A stretch of 64,000 nt of DNA from Flavobacteriales bacterium (GTDB lineage: Bacteria; Bacteroidota; Bacteroidia; Flavobacteriales_D; Sanyastnellaceae), in contig JANQWV010000070.1 in assembly GCA_030729695.1 (NCBI GenBank), positions 9,188-73,187 on the forward strand, given 5' to 3'. A program made the position numbers and the translations under genes. Positions 49,583 to 59,241 of the stretch are shown piece after piece (the stretch's first letter is position 1; every line of letters starts with the position of its first letter). Under the pieces are notes generated by a model that ran no database searches, was not told the DNA's origin, and was given only the letters and a program-made list of their open reading frames with translations.

Positions 49583-49615
49583 TTTGGGAATTAAGGTAAG
49601 CTTGCCTTATTTTAG
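49583..49615 (+). promoter_or_regulatory. Candidate Bacteroidota-type promoter (-33 TTTG, -7 TATTTTAG) overlapped by an 18-bp near-palindrome
   Basis: TTTG at 49583-49586 is separated by 21 nt from TATTTTAG at 49608-49615 (consensus TAnnTTTG, one mismatch). The palindrome TAAGGTAAGCTTGCCTTA lies at 49592-49609. The downstream ATG is at 49656. Confidence 0.25.
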
Positions 49616-49655
49616 CGCCCGTTGTATACTTTAATAATTCCTTAACCCGGTTTTT

Positions 49656-52600
49656 ATGCAGAGAAAATTTTACCTGCTTTTGAGTTTAATTGCCCTTTCA
49701 GTGTCAAGTGTACTTGCACAAGGAAACGGTGGAACTTTGAAAGGAAAAGTCATTGACAAAGAGACGAAGAAGCCTCTTCCTTTCGTGAATGTCGTTCTGT
49801 TTTTGAATGGAAATCTGATTACAGGTGGACAAACAGATCCAGATGGACAATACACCATTAAACCTATTGATCCCGGAACCTACGAGGTTCAGTTCAACTT
49901 TGTAGGTTACCAAACCCAAAGTCAAACTGGAATTCCAATTTCAGCTGGAAAAATTCAATTCGCAAATGCTGAATTAAGTCCAGGTGTTGAAATGAACACC
50001 GTGGAAATCAAGGAATACCGTGTTCCTCTTATCGATAAAGATGGAGGTGCTTCCGGTGGAACCGTTACTCGCGAAGAGTTAGAAAAAATGCCTAGTCGTG
50101 ATGCACTTGGTCTTGCACAAACCGTTGCAGGGGTAAGCTCAGCTGGAACTGGCGGTGGAATTTCTATTCGTGGAGCGCGTACGGGATCTACTTGGGTATA
50201 CATCGACGGAATTAAAGTTCGTGGATCAACATCATTACCAAAATCAGCAATTGAAGAGGTATCTGTAATAACCGGAGGTATTCCTGCAAACATTGGAGAT
50301 GCTACGGGGGGTGTAATTAACATCTCGCTTCGTTCCGCTTCTTCTGAGTATACGGGAGGTCTTGAAGCAATTACCTCAGGTTTCAAAGTTGGAGACAAGG
50401 CAGTTGGTCTTGACACCTATGGATATAATCTATTGGAAGGTTCATTGTCTGGACCTATCCTATTTAGAAAGAAAGCAGATGGATCGAAAGGCAGACCAAT
50501 CCTTGGTTTCTTCCTTTCAGGAAACTATACTGACATTGTCGACGGTGGTCCAACATTCGGTGGTGTTTACCGCATGAAAGAAGATGCTCGTCAAGCCATC
50601 CTGGCTAACCCTTTACGTCAGAATATTCAAGCCGATGGAACTGTAAACGGAGCTTTGTACAATGCTGATTTCCTTACTGCTGACGATTTTGAAAAAATCA
50701 ATACACGCATGAACGTGCGTTCAAGACAAGCAAACGTTGTAGCTAAAATTGACTTGAATGCTTCTGAAGGCGTGACGTTAACATTTGGTGGAACCGCTGC
50801 AATTAGCCGTGGAAATGGTTTCGATTATGGTAACATGCTATCGAACTGGCAGAACAATCAACAAAACACCGGTTTAGACTGGAGAGCATACGCGAAGTTC
50901 GCTCAACGCTTTAAGAACGCAGACGAAGAGTCTGGAAGTTCTAACTTGAAAAATGTGTTTTACCGTATTCAAGCCGATTACTCTAGTTCTTACAACCGTT
51001 CTGAGGATGCGCAACACGGCAATAACCTATTCAGATATGGACACGTTGGAACATTTGATATCTTCCGCCGACCTTCTTACACACTGAACAGCTCGGGCAA
51101 TTACTTCGAGCAAAACGGTTGGCAAGATGTAAATGTGAACTTCACACCGTCTGAATACAATCCTGACTTAGCATCTATTACCAGTCAATTCTTCAACCTC
51201 TTCAACACTAACCCTTATGTTACTGAAGTGTTGAACGGAACTGACGGAATCATCACAGACAGTCAATTCTTCGACCCTACTATAAACGACTTTACTTCTG
51301 AAACTGAACAAATCGGAGATTCTCCTTATTCTTCAATCACCAATATTCAAGGTGGAAACGGTTTAGTAAACGGCCAACAGCCTGCGGGAACTTACGGTTT
51401 GTGGTCTCATATTGGTGCTAAATCAAACAATTACAGTGTATTCCGCAACAATCAATTCCGTATTTCTGGGTCGGGATCTGCCGATATCGGAGACCACGCC
51501 ATTGAAGTTGGATTCGAATTCGAACAACGCAAAGACGCAGGATACTCAATTGCGCCTATTGGATTGTGGCAATTGGCACGTCAGTACGCTAACTACCATA
51601 ACCAAGAATTGAATACAGATGCACCTCAGTACTTCAATAACGGAACATATACTTACATCGATTACAGCAATCTCGTTGGTACAGGTCAATTCGAATTCGA
51701 TTACAACCTTAGAACAGCTTTAGGTTTGGATCCTAACGGAACAGATTTCATCAACACTGATGGTCTAAGTCCTGATTTCTTGACTGTCGACATGTTCGGA
51801 GCAAACGATTTATTAAATCAAGGTAATGCCGTTGTGACTTATTATGGTTACGACCACAGAGGAAATTTATTAGGCCGCAAGCCATCACTTGACGATTTCT
51901 TCTCTGAGCGTTACACCTTAGGTAACGAGTCTTATTATACACGTGCAGTAGGAGCTTTCGAACCAGTATATATCTCAGGATATATCATGGATAAATTCGC
52001 GTTTGACGATTTGATTTTCAACGTGGGTCTTCGTATTGACCGCTACGATGCGAACCAATACGTTCCTAAAGACCCTTATGTAATCAGTGAGGCATTTACA
52101 GTGGGTGAGGTTGACTTCGACAGCTTTGGAACTTCACGCCCTTCTAACATCGGCGACGACTTCGTAGTATACGTTGACGATATTCGCAACCCAACGGCTA
52201 TTCAAGGTTACCGAGATGGCGACAACTGGTACAACGCACAAGGTACTTTGGTTACCGATCCATTCACAAGCGTTGCTGCTGGAGGAAAAATAAATCCATA
52301 CTTAAGTGTTGATCCAGATGCTGCTCTTACAAGCAAAGCATTTAAGGAATATACTCCAGCTGTGAATTTCATGCCTCGTGTAGCTTTCTCTTTCCCTATC
52401 TCGGAAGAAGCTTTGTTCTTTGCACATTATGATATCTTAACTCAACGTCCAACTTCAAGTAACCGTTTCAATCCGGTTGATTACTTGTTCATGGAAAACA
52501 GAAACGTATTGATAAGCAATCCGAACCTTCGTCCTGAGAAAACAGTTGACTATGCACTCGGATTCCAACAAGTACTTTCAAAAACATCTTCTATTAAAGT

Positions 52601-53417
52601 TGAAGCATTTTATCGCGAGTTACGCGACATGATTCAAGTTCGTCGATTCAATGGAGCTTATCCTAGTACTTATAGCGCCTTCGGTAACTTAGACTTCGGT
52701 ACAGTTAAAGGTTTGACATTAACCTATGATTTAAGAAGAACTGGAAATCTATGGATGAAGACCTCTTATACCCTTCAGTTTGCTGATGGCACAGGTTCTA
52801 CAACTCAAACACAATTAGCTTTAATTAACGCAGGTCTTCCTAACTTACGTACAGTATCACCTTTCAATTACGATCAACGTCACCGTATCGTGACAACTGT
52901 TGACTACCGTTACGGAGAAGGAAAAGAGTACAACGGTCCAGTATGGTTCGGCAAACAAATCTTCGCGAACACAGGGGCTAACCTTATCGCAAACCTTGGT
53001 TCTGGAACTCCATATACTGCTCAAGTATTCCCTACTCCAATTACTGGTGAGTTGAGTCCTACTACAGCAGGTGGTATCAACAGTGCTCGCCTTCCATGGC
53101 AGTTCACAGTTGATATGAACTTCGATAAAAACTTCAGTCTTGCCTTCGGTGGTGAAGGTGATAAGAAAAAAGCGGCTAACTTAAATGTATATCTATGGGT
53201 GACTAACCTATTGAATACACAAAACATTTCAAGTGTTTACCGCTTTACTGGAACACCTGATGACGACGGATATTTAGCTGCTGCTCAATACCAAAACGTA
53301 ATCAACACACAAAACTCACCATCTTCATTCAGAAACTACTACAGTATGTACGTAAACAACCCTTACAACTTGGGTTCACCACGTCAGATTCGTTTAGGGG
53401 TAAGATTTGATTTTTAA
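49656..53417 (+). CDS. Oversized TonB-dependent-receptor-like outer-membrane protein (CarboxypepD_reg + plug + barrel)
   Basis: 1253 aa with a signal peptide. CarboxypepD_reg-like stretch GKVIDKETKKPLPFVNVVL..TDPDGQYTIKPIDPGTYEVQFNFVGY. Plug-like stretch ISIRGAR..YIDGIKV..IEEVSVITGGIPANIGDATGGVINI. The C-terminus (RQIRLGVRFDF) ends with an aromatic residue. Confidence 0.85.
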   Translation: MQRKFYLLLSLIALSVSSVLAQGNGGTLKGKVIDKETKKPLPFVNVVLFLNGNLITGGQTDPDGQYTIKPIDPGTYEVQFNFVGYQTQSQTGIPISAGKIQFANAELSPGVEMNTVEIKEYRVPLIDKDGGASGGTVTREELEKMPSRDALGLAQTVAGVSSAGTGGGISIRGARTGSTWVYIDGIKVRGSTSLPKSAIEEVSVITGGIPANIGDATGGVINISLRSASSEYTGGLEAITSGFKVGDKAVGLDTYGYNLLEGSLSGPILFRKKADGSKGRPILGFFLSGNYTDIVDGGPTFGGVYRMKEDARQAILANPLRQNIQADGTVNGALYNADFLTADDFEKINTRMNVRSRQANVVAKIDLNASEGVTLTFGGTAAISRGNGFDYGNMLSNWQNNQQNTGLDWRAYAKFAQRFKNADEESGSSNLKNVFYRIQADYSSSYNRSEDAQHGNNLFRYGHVGTFDIFRRPSYTLNSSGNYFEQNGWQDVNVNFTPSEYNPDLASITSQFFNLFNTNPYVTEVLNGTDGIITDSQFFDPTINDFTSETEQIGDSPYSSITNIQGGNGLVNGQQPAGTYGLWSHIGAKSNNYSVFRNNQFRISGSGSADIGDHAIEVGFEFEQRKDAGYSIAPIGLWQLARQYANYHNQELNTDAPQYFNNGTYTYIDYSNLVGTGQFEFDYNLRTALGLDPNGTDFINTDGLSPDFLTVDMFGANDLLNQGNAVVTYYGYDHRGNLLGRKPSLDDFFSERYTLGNESYYTRAVGAFEPVYISGYIMDKFAFDDLIFNVGLRIDRYDANQYVPKDPYVISEAFTVGEVDFDSFGTSRPSNIGDDFVVYVDDIRNPTAIQGYRDGDNWYNAQGTLVTDPFTSVAAGGKINPYLSVDPDAALTSKAFKEYTPAVNFMPRVAFSFPISEEALFFAHYDILTQRPTSSNRFNPVDYLFMENRNVLISNPNLRPEKTVDYALGFQQVLSKTSSIKVEAFYRELRDMIQVRRFNGAYPSTYSAFGNLDFGTVKGLTLTYDLRRTGNLWMKTSYTLQFADGTGSTTQTQLALINAGLPNLRTVSPFNYDQRHRIVTTVDYRYGEGKEYNGPVWFGKQIFANTGANLIANLGSGTPYTAQVFPTPITGELSPTTAGGINSARLPWQFTVDMNFDKNFSLAFGGEGDKKKAANLNVYLWVTNLLNTQNISSVYRFTGTPDDDGYLAAAQYQNVINTQNSPSSFRNYYSMYVNNPYNLGSPRQIRLGVRFDF

Positions 53418-53429
53418 TTTTTTGAGAAA

Positions 53430-56400
53430 ATGAATTATTCAAAAAGCATGAGAAAGAAAATATACATAAGTCTAGTTGCTCTTGCACTTGGATTTGCGAA
53501 CCAAACTTTCGCTTACAAGTCTGTTCTAGAAAATTCTGGAATGGTTCAGAACAACGAAATCGTTACTGATTCTCGCGCTGCACTTTGCGCGCCTGCAACA
53601 GGATTAAGAGACTTAGCTTGGAATAACGTGAAGGCGTTAATTGAAACGGGTGGATCAATGTGGCAAAACCGCTCGTTGAGTCGCGCTGCTTACGAAGTTC
53701 CAAAGGGAGGAGGTGTTTCCTCTATCTACGCCGGAGCACTATGGATGGGCGGTATTTCTCCTGACCAACAATTGAAGTTAGCCGCTGTTACCTTCCGTGG
53801 TGACGGTAATGACTATTGGCCTGGACCCTTGACAAACGATGGTACAGCTTCTGTAACTGAATCGACTTGCGAACAGTACGACAGATTCTTCGTTTCATTG
53901 CGTCAAGATGCACAAAGACATCGCGCATACTACGATTGTATCGCTGCAGGTGGAACAGATTGTGCTACTGATTACGCTATCCCAGGGTATTTCTACGAGT
54001 ATCCTGCAATTGGAAATACAGCAGCTGGACAAGATTTATACCTTGCTCCTTTCTATGATTATGACCAAGATGGATTCTACAATCCACAAAACGGTGACTA
54101 CCCATGGTATGACTTCTTGAGAGAAATCAATTGTGCTGAACGTCGCAGAGAGGATATTGTACCTCTATTTGGTGACCAAACTTACTATTGGATTTTTAAC
54201 GATAAAGGAAATGCACACACAGAATCACAAGGACAGCCAATTGGTATGGAGATTCGTGCACAAGCCTTCGCATTTACTTCGAATGACGAGGTAAACAACA
54301 TGACTTTTTATAACTACGTTTTGATTAACCAAGGATCACAAACTTTGACCGAAACATATTTCGGATCATGGGTTGACCCGGATCTAGGTACATCTACAGA
54401 TGACTATGTGGGTTGTGATGTTCAACGTGGATTGGGCTATTGTTACAATGGAGATGCGTTCGATGAGCCAACATCTTCTTCTTTAGGTTATGGTTCTAAC
54501 CCTCCTGCAGTAGGTGTTGACTTCTTCGAAGGTCCATACCAAGACACTGATAACAAGGATAACCCTTTAACAACTGATATCATTGATGCAATTGATCAAG
54601 ACGGTATTCCTTACAAAGGATTAGGTATTGGATACGGCGATGGTGTAATCGATAACGAACGTTTCGGTATGCGCAAGTTTGTTTATTACAACAACAGCCA
54701 AAACCCAGTAAACGGAGAGCCTGCATTACCAAGTCACTTCTACAACTACATGCGCGGTTTCTGGAAGAACGGGCAGCGTATGGCTTATGGCGGAAATGGC
54801 GCTTCAGGTCCTAACGTTACTAATATTCCTGCAGATTACATGTTCCCAGATGATACCGACCCATTGCATTGGGGTACAGGCGGTGTTATTACTGATGATT
54901 GGTCTGAAGAGTCAGAAGGTAATCCACCAAATGACCGTCGTTTCATTCAAGCAGCAGGTCCTTTCACTTTGAAGCCAGGTGACTACAACAACATTACTTT
55001 AGGTGTTGTTTGGGCAAAGGCTAACAGTGGTGATCCATTCGAATCTGTTCGTTTACTTCGTGAATACGATGATAAGGCGCAAGCTTTATTCGACAACTGT
55101 TTCGAATTGGTATCAGGTCCAGATGCACCAGATGTTACCATTCAAGAATTGGATAAAGAAATCATTTTAATGCTTTCTAACGACAATGCTATCTCTACAA
55201 ACTTTCAAGAAAACTACGGTCCTGAACAAGGAGGTTTCGACCCAAGTATTCCTGAAGAACTAGCAGACGGAACTCAATTAACATTAGAAGATCGCTCATA
55301 CAAATTCGAAGGATATTTGGTTTACCAAAGAGCGAACGACGATGTTAGCGCGAACGACTTAGGTGATATTGAAAAAGCACGCTTAATCGCACAGTGCGAT
55401 GTTGAAAACGGAATCGGACGAATCATTAACTTCTCTCGTGACCCAATTACTGGTTACATCATTCCTGAATTGAAGGTTGATGGTGCTGATCAAGGAATTC
55501 AACGTTCTTTCCGTGTAACTACCGATGCATTTGCTACAGGAAATAATGCGCTTGTAAACCACAAGACATATTACTTCATGGTTATCGCATACGGCTACAA
55601 CAACTACTCACAATACGACATCGCTTTAGAAAAAGGTCAAGACGAAGCATTCCTATCTTCTAGAAAAAGTGCAATTGGTGAGATTCAAAAAATTGCTGCT
55701 ATTCCTCACATCCCTTCTCCTGAATTAGGTGGAACTATCCAAAATTCAAACTACGGTGATGGAGTTCCATTGACTCGTATTGAAGGAAAAGGAAACGGAA
55801 ACAACCACTTACTTCTTAGTTCTGAAACAGAAGCAATCATTTTGGCTAACAACAACATTAGCGAATTGACATACGCTCCTGGAAAAGGTCCTGTTCAAGT
55901 TAAAGTTGTTGATCCATTAAGAGTACCTTCAGCTGACTTTGAATTAAGACTTAAAACAACCGAATTCGGCGAGGATACTCCAGATAGCATGTATTGGGAG
56001 TTGGAAAACCTTGATAACGGAACAATCTATGGAACTTACAAAAAGTTCAATTCTTCAAGTGAAGATGTAATCTTAGATTGGGGACTTTCTGTTACATGGG
56101 GACAATACGATTACCAGGTCGATGGTGCTCAAGTTAAGCATTACACTGAACTTCTTTCTTCATCTGTATCTTACAGCGACCCATCTAAACCATGGTTGCT
56201 CGGAATTGAAGATGCTGAAGGATTTACTGAACAAAACTGGATTCGTGCAGGAAGTGTAAAAACTGAAGGGACAGATCCTCAAGCGCTTTCAGAAGCGTTG
56301 TATGACGACTATGAGCAAGGAAGTTCTGGTTTCCCTTTCACAGATGAATCTGAGAAATACGAAGCTGTAGCTGGTGGAACATGGTCTCCATATTGCCTAG

Positions 56401-57641
56401 TATCAGGAACAGTTTTGGATCCTAATGATGCAACTATCGTTGTAAACAACGTTGCTCCTACCACTGATGCATTAAAAGGAGATTTAGATCAATTAGATCA
56501 ACAACGCAAATCCAACATCAAAGGATTAAACAACATTGATGTTGTGTTTACAAAAGACAAATCTAAATGGACCCGCTGTCCTGTTCTAGAAATGCAATTC
56601 ACACCAGAATTGGCTGAGGATAACGACGGTGACAACACTGTTGATCCTGAAAAAATGAAAGTTCGTCGTGCACCTTCTGTAGATAAAAACGGAAGAAAGG
56701 CAGGTCAAGCTGGATATAACGCGTCCGAGGGTGAACTTGTTTCTCCAATTGGAATGGGCTGGTTCCCTGGTTATGCTATCGATCTAAGCACAGGTGAAAG
56801 ACTAAACATGGCGTTTGGTGAAGACAGCTGGCTCGTTGGTGAAAACGGTCGTGACATGATTTGGAATCCTTCATCACGTTTGTACAACAACAACGGTCAA
56901 CCATTATTCGGTGGACAACACTGGATCTACGTTTTCAAGAACCTGCAGTGGGAAGACTACTCTCCTAGCAGCCCTGCTTCGAGCCTAGCTCTGAGCCCAA
57001 ATTATGATAACGGTCAGTTCTTATATTCTAAACTCTCAGATCCATCTATCAGTACATCTAACTGGAAGAAGGTTTTCCGCGGATGTACTTGGGTTGGAAG
57101 TGGTTTGGTAAATCCTGAGCACCCACTGCTATCAGTTGAAGAAGGAATTATTCCAAATGATGTTAGAATCAGCGTTCGCGTTGCGAAGCCATATAGCAGT
57201 TATGCTTACAGCACTGCAGACATCTCTACTACCACTAATTCGGTAAACGAATGGAGAAACATATACAGCTTCTCTACCAAGAACATTGCTACTACCTTGA
57301 ATGAAGCGAACACACTTACATCAGTTCTCGATATCATTAACATTGTTCCTAATCCATACTACGCGTTCAGTTCATATGAAACGAATCAGCTAGATAACAG
57401 AGTTAAGGTTACTAACCTACCTGATATCTGTACGGTGACAATCTATGACTTGAACGGAAATAGAATCAGACAGTTTAAGAAAGCTGATAAAATTACAAGT
57501 ATCGATTGGGATTTGAAAAATGAAAGAAACATTCCTATCGCTTCAGGAACTTACATCATACATGTTGATGTACCAGGTATTGGAGAGAAAATATTGAAAT
57601 GGTTCGGCGTTATGCGTCCAGTTGACTTGAATAACTTCTAA
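53430..57641 (+). CDS. Very large exported protein of unknown function with a T9SS C-terminal sorting domain
   Basis: 1403 aa with signal peptide MRKKIYISLVALALGFANQTFA. The C-terminus (IINIVPNPYYAFS..VTIYDLNGNRIRQF..ASGTYIIHVDV..) is CTD-like. I recognise no catalytic motif. Several DxDxDG-like acidic loops are present. Confidence 0.8.
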   Translation: MNYSKSMRKKIYISLVALALGFANQTFAYKSVLENSGMVQNNEIVTDSRAALCAPATGLRDLAWNNVKALIETGGSMWQNRSLSRAAYEVPKGGGVSSIYAGALWMGGISPDQQLKLAAVTFRGDGNDYWPGPLTNDGTASVTESTCEQYDRFFVSLRQDAQRHRAYYDCIAAGGTDCATDYAIPGYFYEYPAIGNTAAGQDLYLAPFYDYDQDGFYNPQNGDYPWYDFLREINCAERRREDIVPLFGDQTYYWIFNDKGNAHTESQGQPIGMEIRAQAFAFTSNDEVNNMTFYNYVLINQGSQTLTETYFGSWVDPDLGTSTDDYVGCDVQRGLGYCYNGDAFDEPTSSSLGYGSNPPAVGVDFFEGPYQDTDNKDNPLTTDIIDAIDQDGIPYKGLGIGYGDGVIDNERFGMRKFVYYNNSQNPVNGEPALPSHFYNYMRGFWKNGQRMAYGGNGASGPNVTNIPADYMFPDDTDPLHWGTGGVITDDWSEESEGNPPNDRRFIQAAGPFTLKPGDYNNITLGVVWAKANSGDPFESVRLLREYDDKAQALFDNCFELVSGPDAPDVTIQELDKEIILMLSNDNAISTNFQENYGPEQGGFDPSIPEELADGTQLTLEDRSYKFEGYLVYQRANDDVSANDLGDIEKARLIAQCDVENGIGRIINFSRDPITGYIIPELKVDGADQGIQRSFRVTTDAFATGNNALVNHKTYYFMVIAYGYNNYSQYDIALEKGQDEAFLSSRKSAIGEIQKIAAIPHIPSPELGGTIQNSNYGDGVPLTRIEGKGNGNNHLLLSSETEAIILANNNISELTYAPGKGPVQVKVVDPLRVPSADFELRLKTTEFGEDTPDSMYWELENLDNGTIYGTYKKFNSSSEDVILDWGLSVTWGQYDYQVDGAQVKHYTELLSSSVSYSDPSKPWLLGIEDAEGFTEQNWIRAGSVKTEGTDPQALSEALYDDYEQGSSGFPFTDESEKYEAVAGGTWSPYCLVSGTVLDPNDATIVVNNVAPTTDALKGDLDQLDQQRKSNIKGLNNIDVVFTKDKSKWTRCPVLEMQFTPELAEDNDGDNTVDPEKMKVRRAPSVDKNGRKAGQAGYNASEGELVSPIGMGWFPGYAIDLSTGERLNMAFGEDSWLVGENGRDMIWNPSSRLYNNNGQPLFGGQHWIYVFKNLQWEDYSPSSPASSLALSPNYDNGQFLYSKLSDPSISTSNWKKVFRGCTWVGSGLVNPEHPLLSVEEGIIPNDVRISVRVAKPYSSYAYSTADISTTTNSVNEWRNIYSFSTKNIATTLNEANTLTSVLDIINIVPNPYYAFSSYETNQLDNRVKVTNLPDICTVTIYDLNGNRIRQFKKADKITSIDWDLKNERNIPIASGTYIIHVDVPGIGEKILKWFGVMRPVDLNNF

Positions 57642-57662
57642 TTGAAAAACGAAATTACGATC

Positions 57663-58700
57663 ATGAAAAAATCAATCATATCACTTACCCTGATTTTAGG
57701 AATTACTTCCTCGCTTTTCGCGGGAAATCCTGATAGATCTGGATCAGCCGGTGCAAGTCACCTGCTCGTAAATCCATGGGCTCGTTCGTCTGGATTAGGA
57801 AATGCATCTCTATCTTCTGTAACAGGGGTTGAAAGTGTGTTTTTAAATGTTGCAGGATTGGCATTCACCAAGAAAACCGAATTGCTTTTCACGAACACCC
57901 AGTATTTCGTTGGAACAGGTATACAGCTTAACGCCGCTGCCTTTGGACAAAAAGTAGGGAAATCAGGAGCTTTCGGATTATCTGTTGTTAACATGAACTT
58001 CGGAGATATCGCTCGCACAACTGAAGCTCTTCCTGAAGGAGGAATTGGATCGTTCACGGTTAATTATTCTAACATTGGAATCAGTTTCGCGAAAGAATTC
58101 TCGAATAGCATCTACGGTGGTCTTACCGTGCGTCTAATCAGTGAAGCTATCTACAACGTGCGCTCACAAGGTGTGGCCTTCGATGCGGGTATTCGTTACG
58201 TAACCGGAGAAAAAGACAATGTTCGTTTCGGAATTACTTTGCGTAATGTTGGACCTCCTATGCGTTACAAAGGAGATGGTATGACTGTTTCTGCAGTTAT
58301 TCCGTCAAGTGGTAACTCACTAACTGTAGAGCAACGCTCTCAGCCTTATGAAATGCCTTCTATGGTTAACGTTGGATTTGCTTATGACTTCTTAATGAAG
58401 AATAGCATGAAATTGACTGCTAATGCGGCCTATACCTCGAATTCATTTAGCAAAGATCAAATTGCTTTAGGTTTAGAATACAACTTGCGTAATCGTCTTT
58501 TCTTAAGAGGTGGATACCAACAAGACATTGGTTCTAATACAGTTTACAACGCTAAAAGTGCACTTTCAGGACCTACTGGTGGACTTACTGTTCAATTACC
58601 AACGGGAGACAACGGAAGTGTAATTGGTTTAGATTATTCTTATCGCTTAACGAATCCGTTCAACGGTATTCACAGCATGGGAATTCACATCACGCTATAA
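57663..58700 (+). CDS. PorV/PorQ-family-like outer-membrane beta-barrel
   Basis: Start at the ATG at 57663 (MKKSIISLTLILGITSSLFAG). The N-terminal stretch GSAGASHLLVNPWARSSGLGNASLSSVTGVESVFLNVAGLA follows the PorV-family pattern. The rest alternates like beta strands and the protein ends HSMGIHITL. Confidence 0.6.
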   Translation: MKKSIISLTLILGITSSLFAGNPDRSGSAGASHLLVNPWARSSGLGNASLSSVTGVESVFLNVAGLAFTKKTELLFTNTQYFVGTGIQLNAAAFGQKVGKSGAFGLSVVNMNFGDIARTTEALPEGGIGSFTVNYSNIGISFAKEFSNSIYGGLTVRLISEAIYNVRSQGVAFDAGIRYVTGEKDNVRFGITLRNVGPPMRYKGDGMTVSAVIPSSGNSLTVEQRSQPYEMPSMVNVGFAYDFLMKNSMKLTANAAYTSNSFSKDQIALGLEYNLRNRLFLRGGYQQDIGSNTVYNAKSALSGPTGGLTVQLPTGDNGSVIGLDYSYRLTNPFNGIHSMGIHITL

Positions 58701-58721
58701 AATTCTCACTATATTTGTTTA

Positions 58722-58752
58722 GAAACCTCGTTCGCGGGGTTTCTTTATTTTT
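58722..58752 (+). terminator. Rho-independent terminator of the three-gene outer-membrane operon
   Basis: GAAACCTCG-TTCG-CGGGGTTTC (9-bp stem with one G-U pair and a UUCG tetraloop), followed by TTTATTTTT. Confidence 0.85.
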
Positions 58753-58767
58753 AAAACATACAAGACT

Positions 58768-59241
58768 ATGTCACACATTGCTTATTACACAGCGGAAGGA
58801 CTTAAAAAATTAAAGGATGATTTATACAACCTTAAGATGGTTGAACGTCCTAAAATTAGCCAGCAAATTGCTGAAGCAAGAGACAAAGGCGATCTAAGTG
58901 AAAACGCTGAATACGACGCTGCTAAAGAAGCGCAAGGTCACCTAGAGGCGAGAATTGCTAAGATGGAAGATCTAGCTGCTAACGCCCGTCTAATCGATGA
59001 TTCACACATAGACAATTCAAAGGTTTTCATTCTTTCACGAGTGAAATTAAAAAATTTGAAAACGAATACCGAAGTAGAGTACACATTAGTTGCTGAAAAC
59101 GAAGCCAACCTAGCCAATAAGAAGATCAGTATCGATTCACCAATTGGCAAAGGACTTCTTGGTAAAAAAGTGGGAGAAATCGCTGAAGTACAAGTCCCCG
59201 CAGGTACCCTCCAACTCGAAATTCTAGATATCAATAGATAA
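58768..59241 (+). CDS. greA: Transcription elongation factor GreA
   Basis: 157 aa. N-terminal coiled coil with DLSENAEYDAAKEAQ and the GreA C-terminal domain. Confidence 0.93.
   Translation: MSHIAYYTAEGLKKLKDDLYNLKMVERPKISQQIAEARDKGDLSENAEYDAAKEAQGHLEARIAKMEDLAANARLIDDSHIDNSKVFILSRVKLKNLKTNTEVEYTLVAENEANLANKKISIDSPIGKGLLGKKVGEIAEVQVPAGTLQLEILDINR

Noticed and set aside
49416-49655. Possible cobalamin or other riboswitch in the 240-nt leader of the TonB-dependent-receptor-like gene
   Set aside because: The region is very AT-rich with long A-runs. It lacks a B12-box-like GCCACTG element and any GC-rich multi-helix structure. Only a short dyad and a weak hairpin (ACGAAA..TTTCGT) are visible.
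49955-50416. 153-aa minus-strand ORF inside the 1253-aa receptor gene
   Set aside because: It is antisense to the plug domain, which has clear TonB-dependent-receptor motifs. The Pro/Ser-rich translation carries no features.
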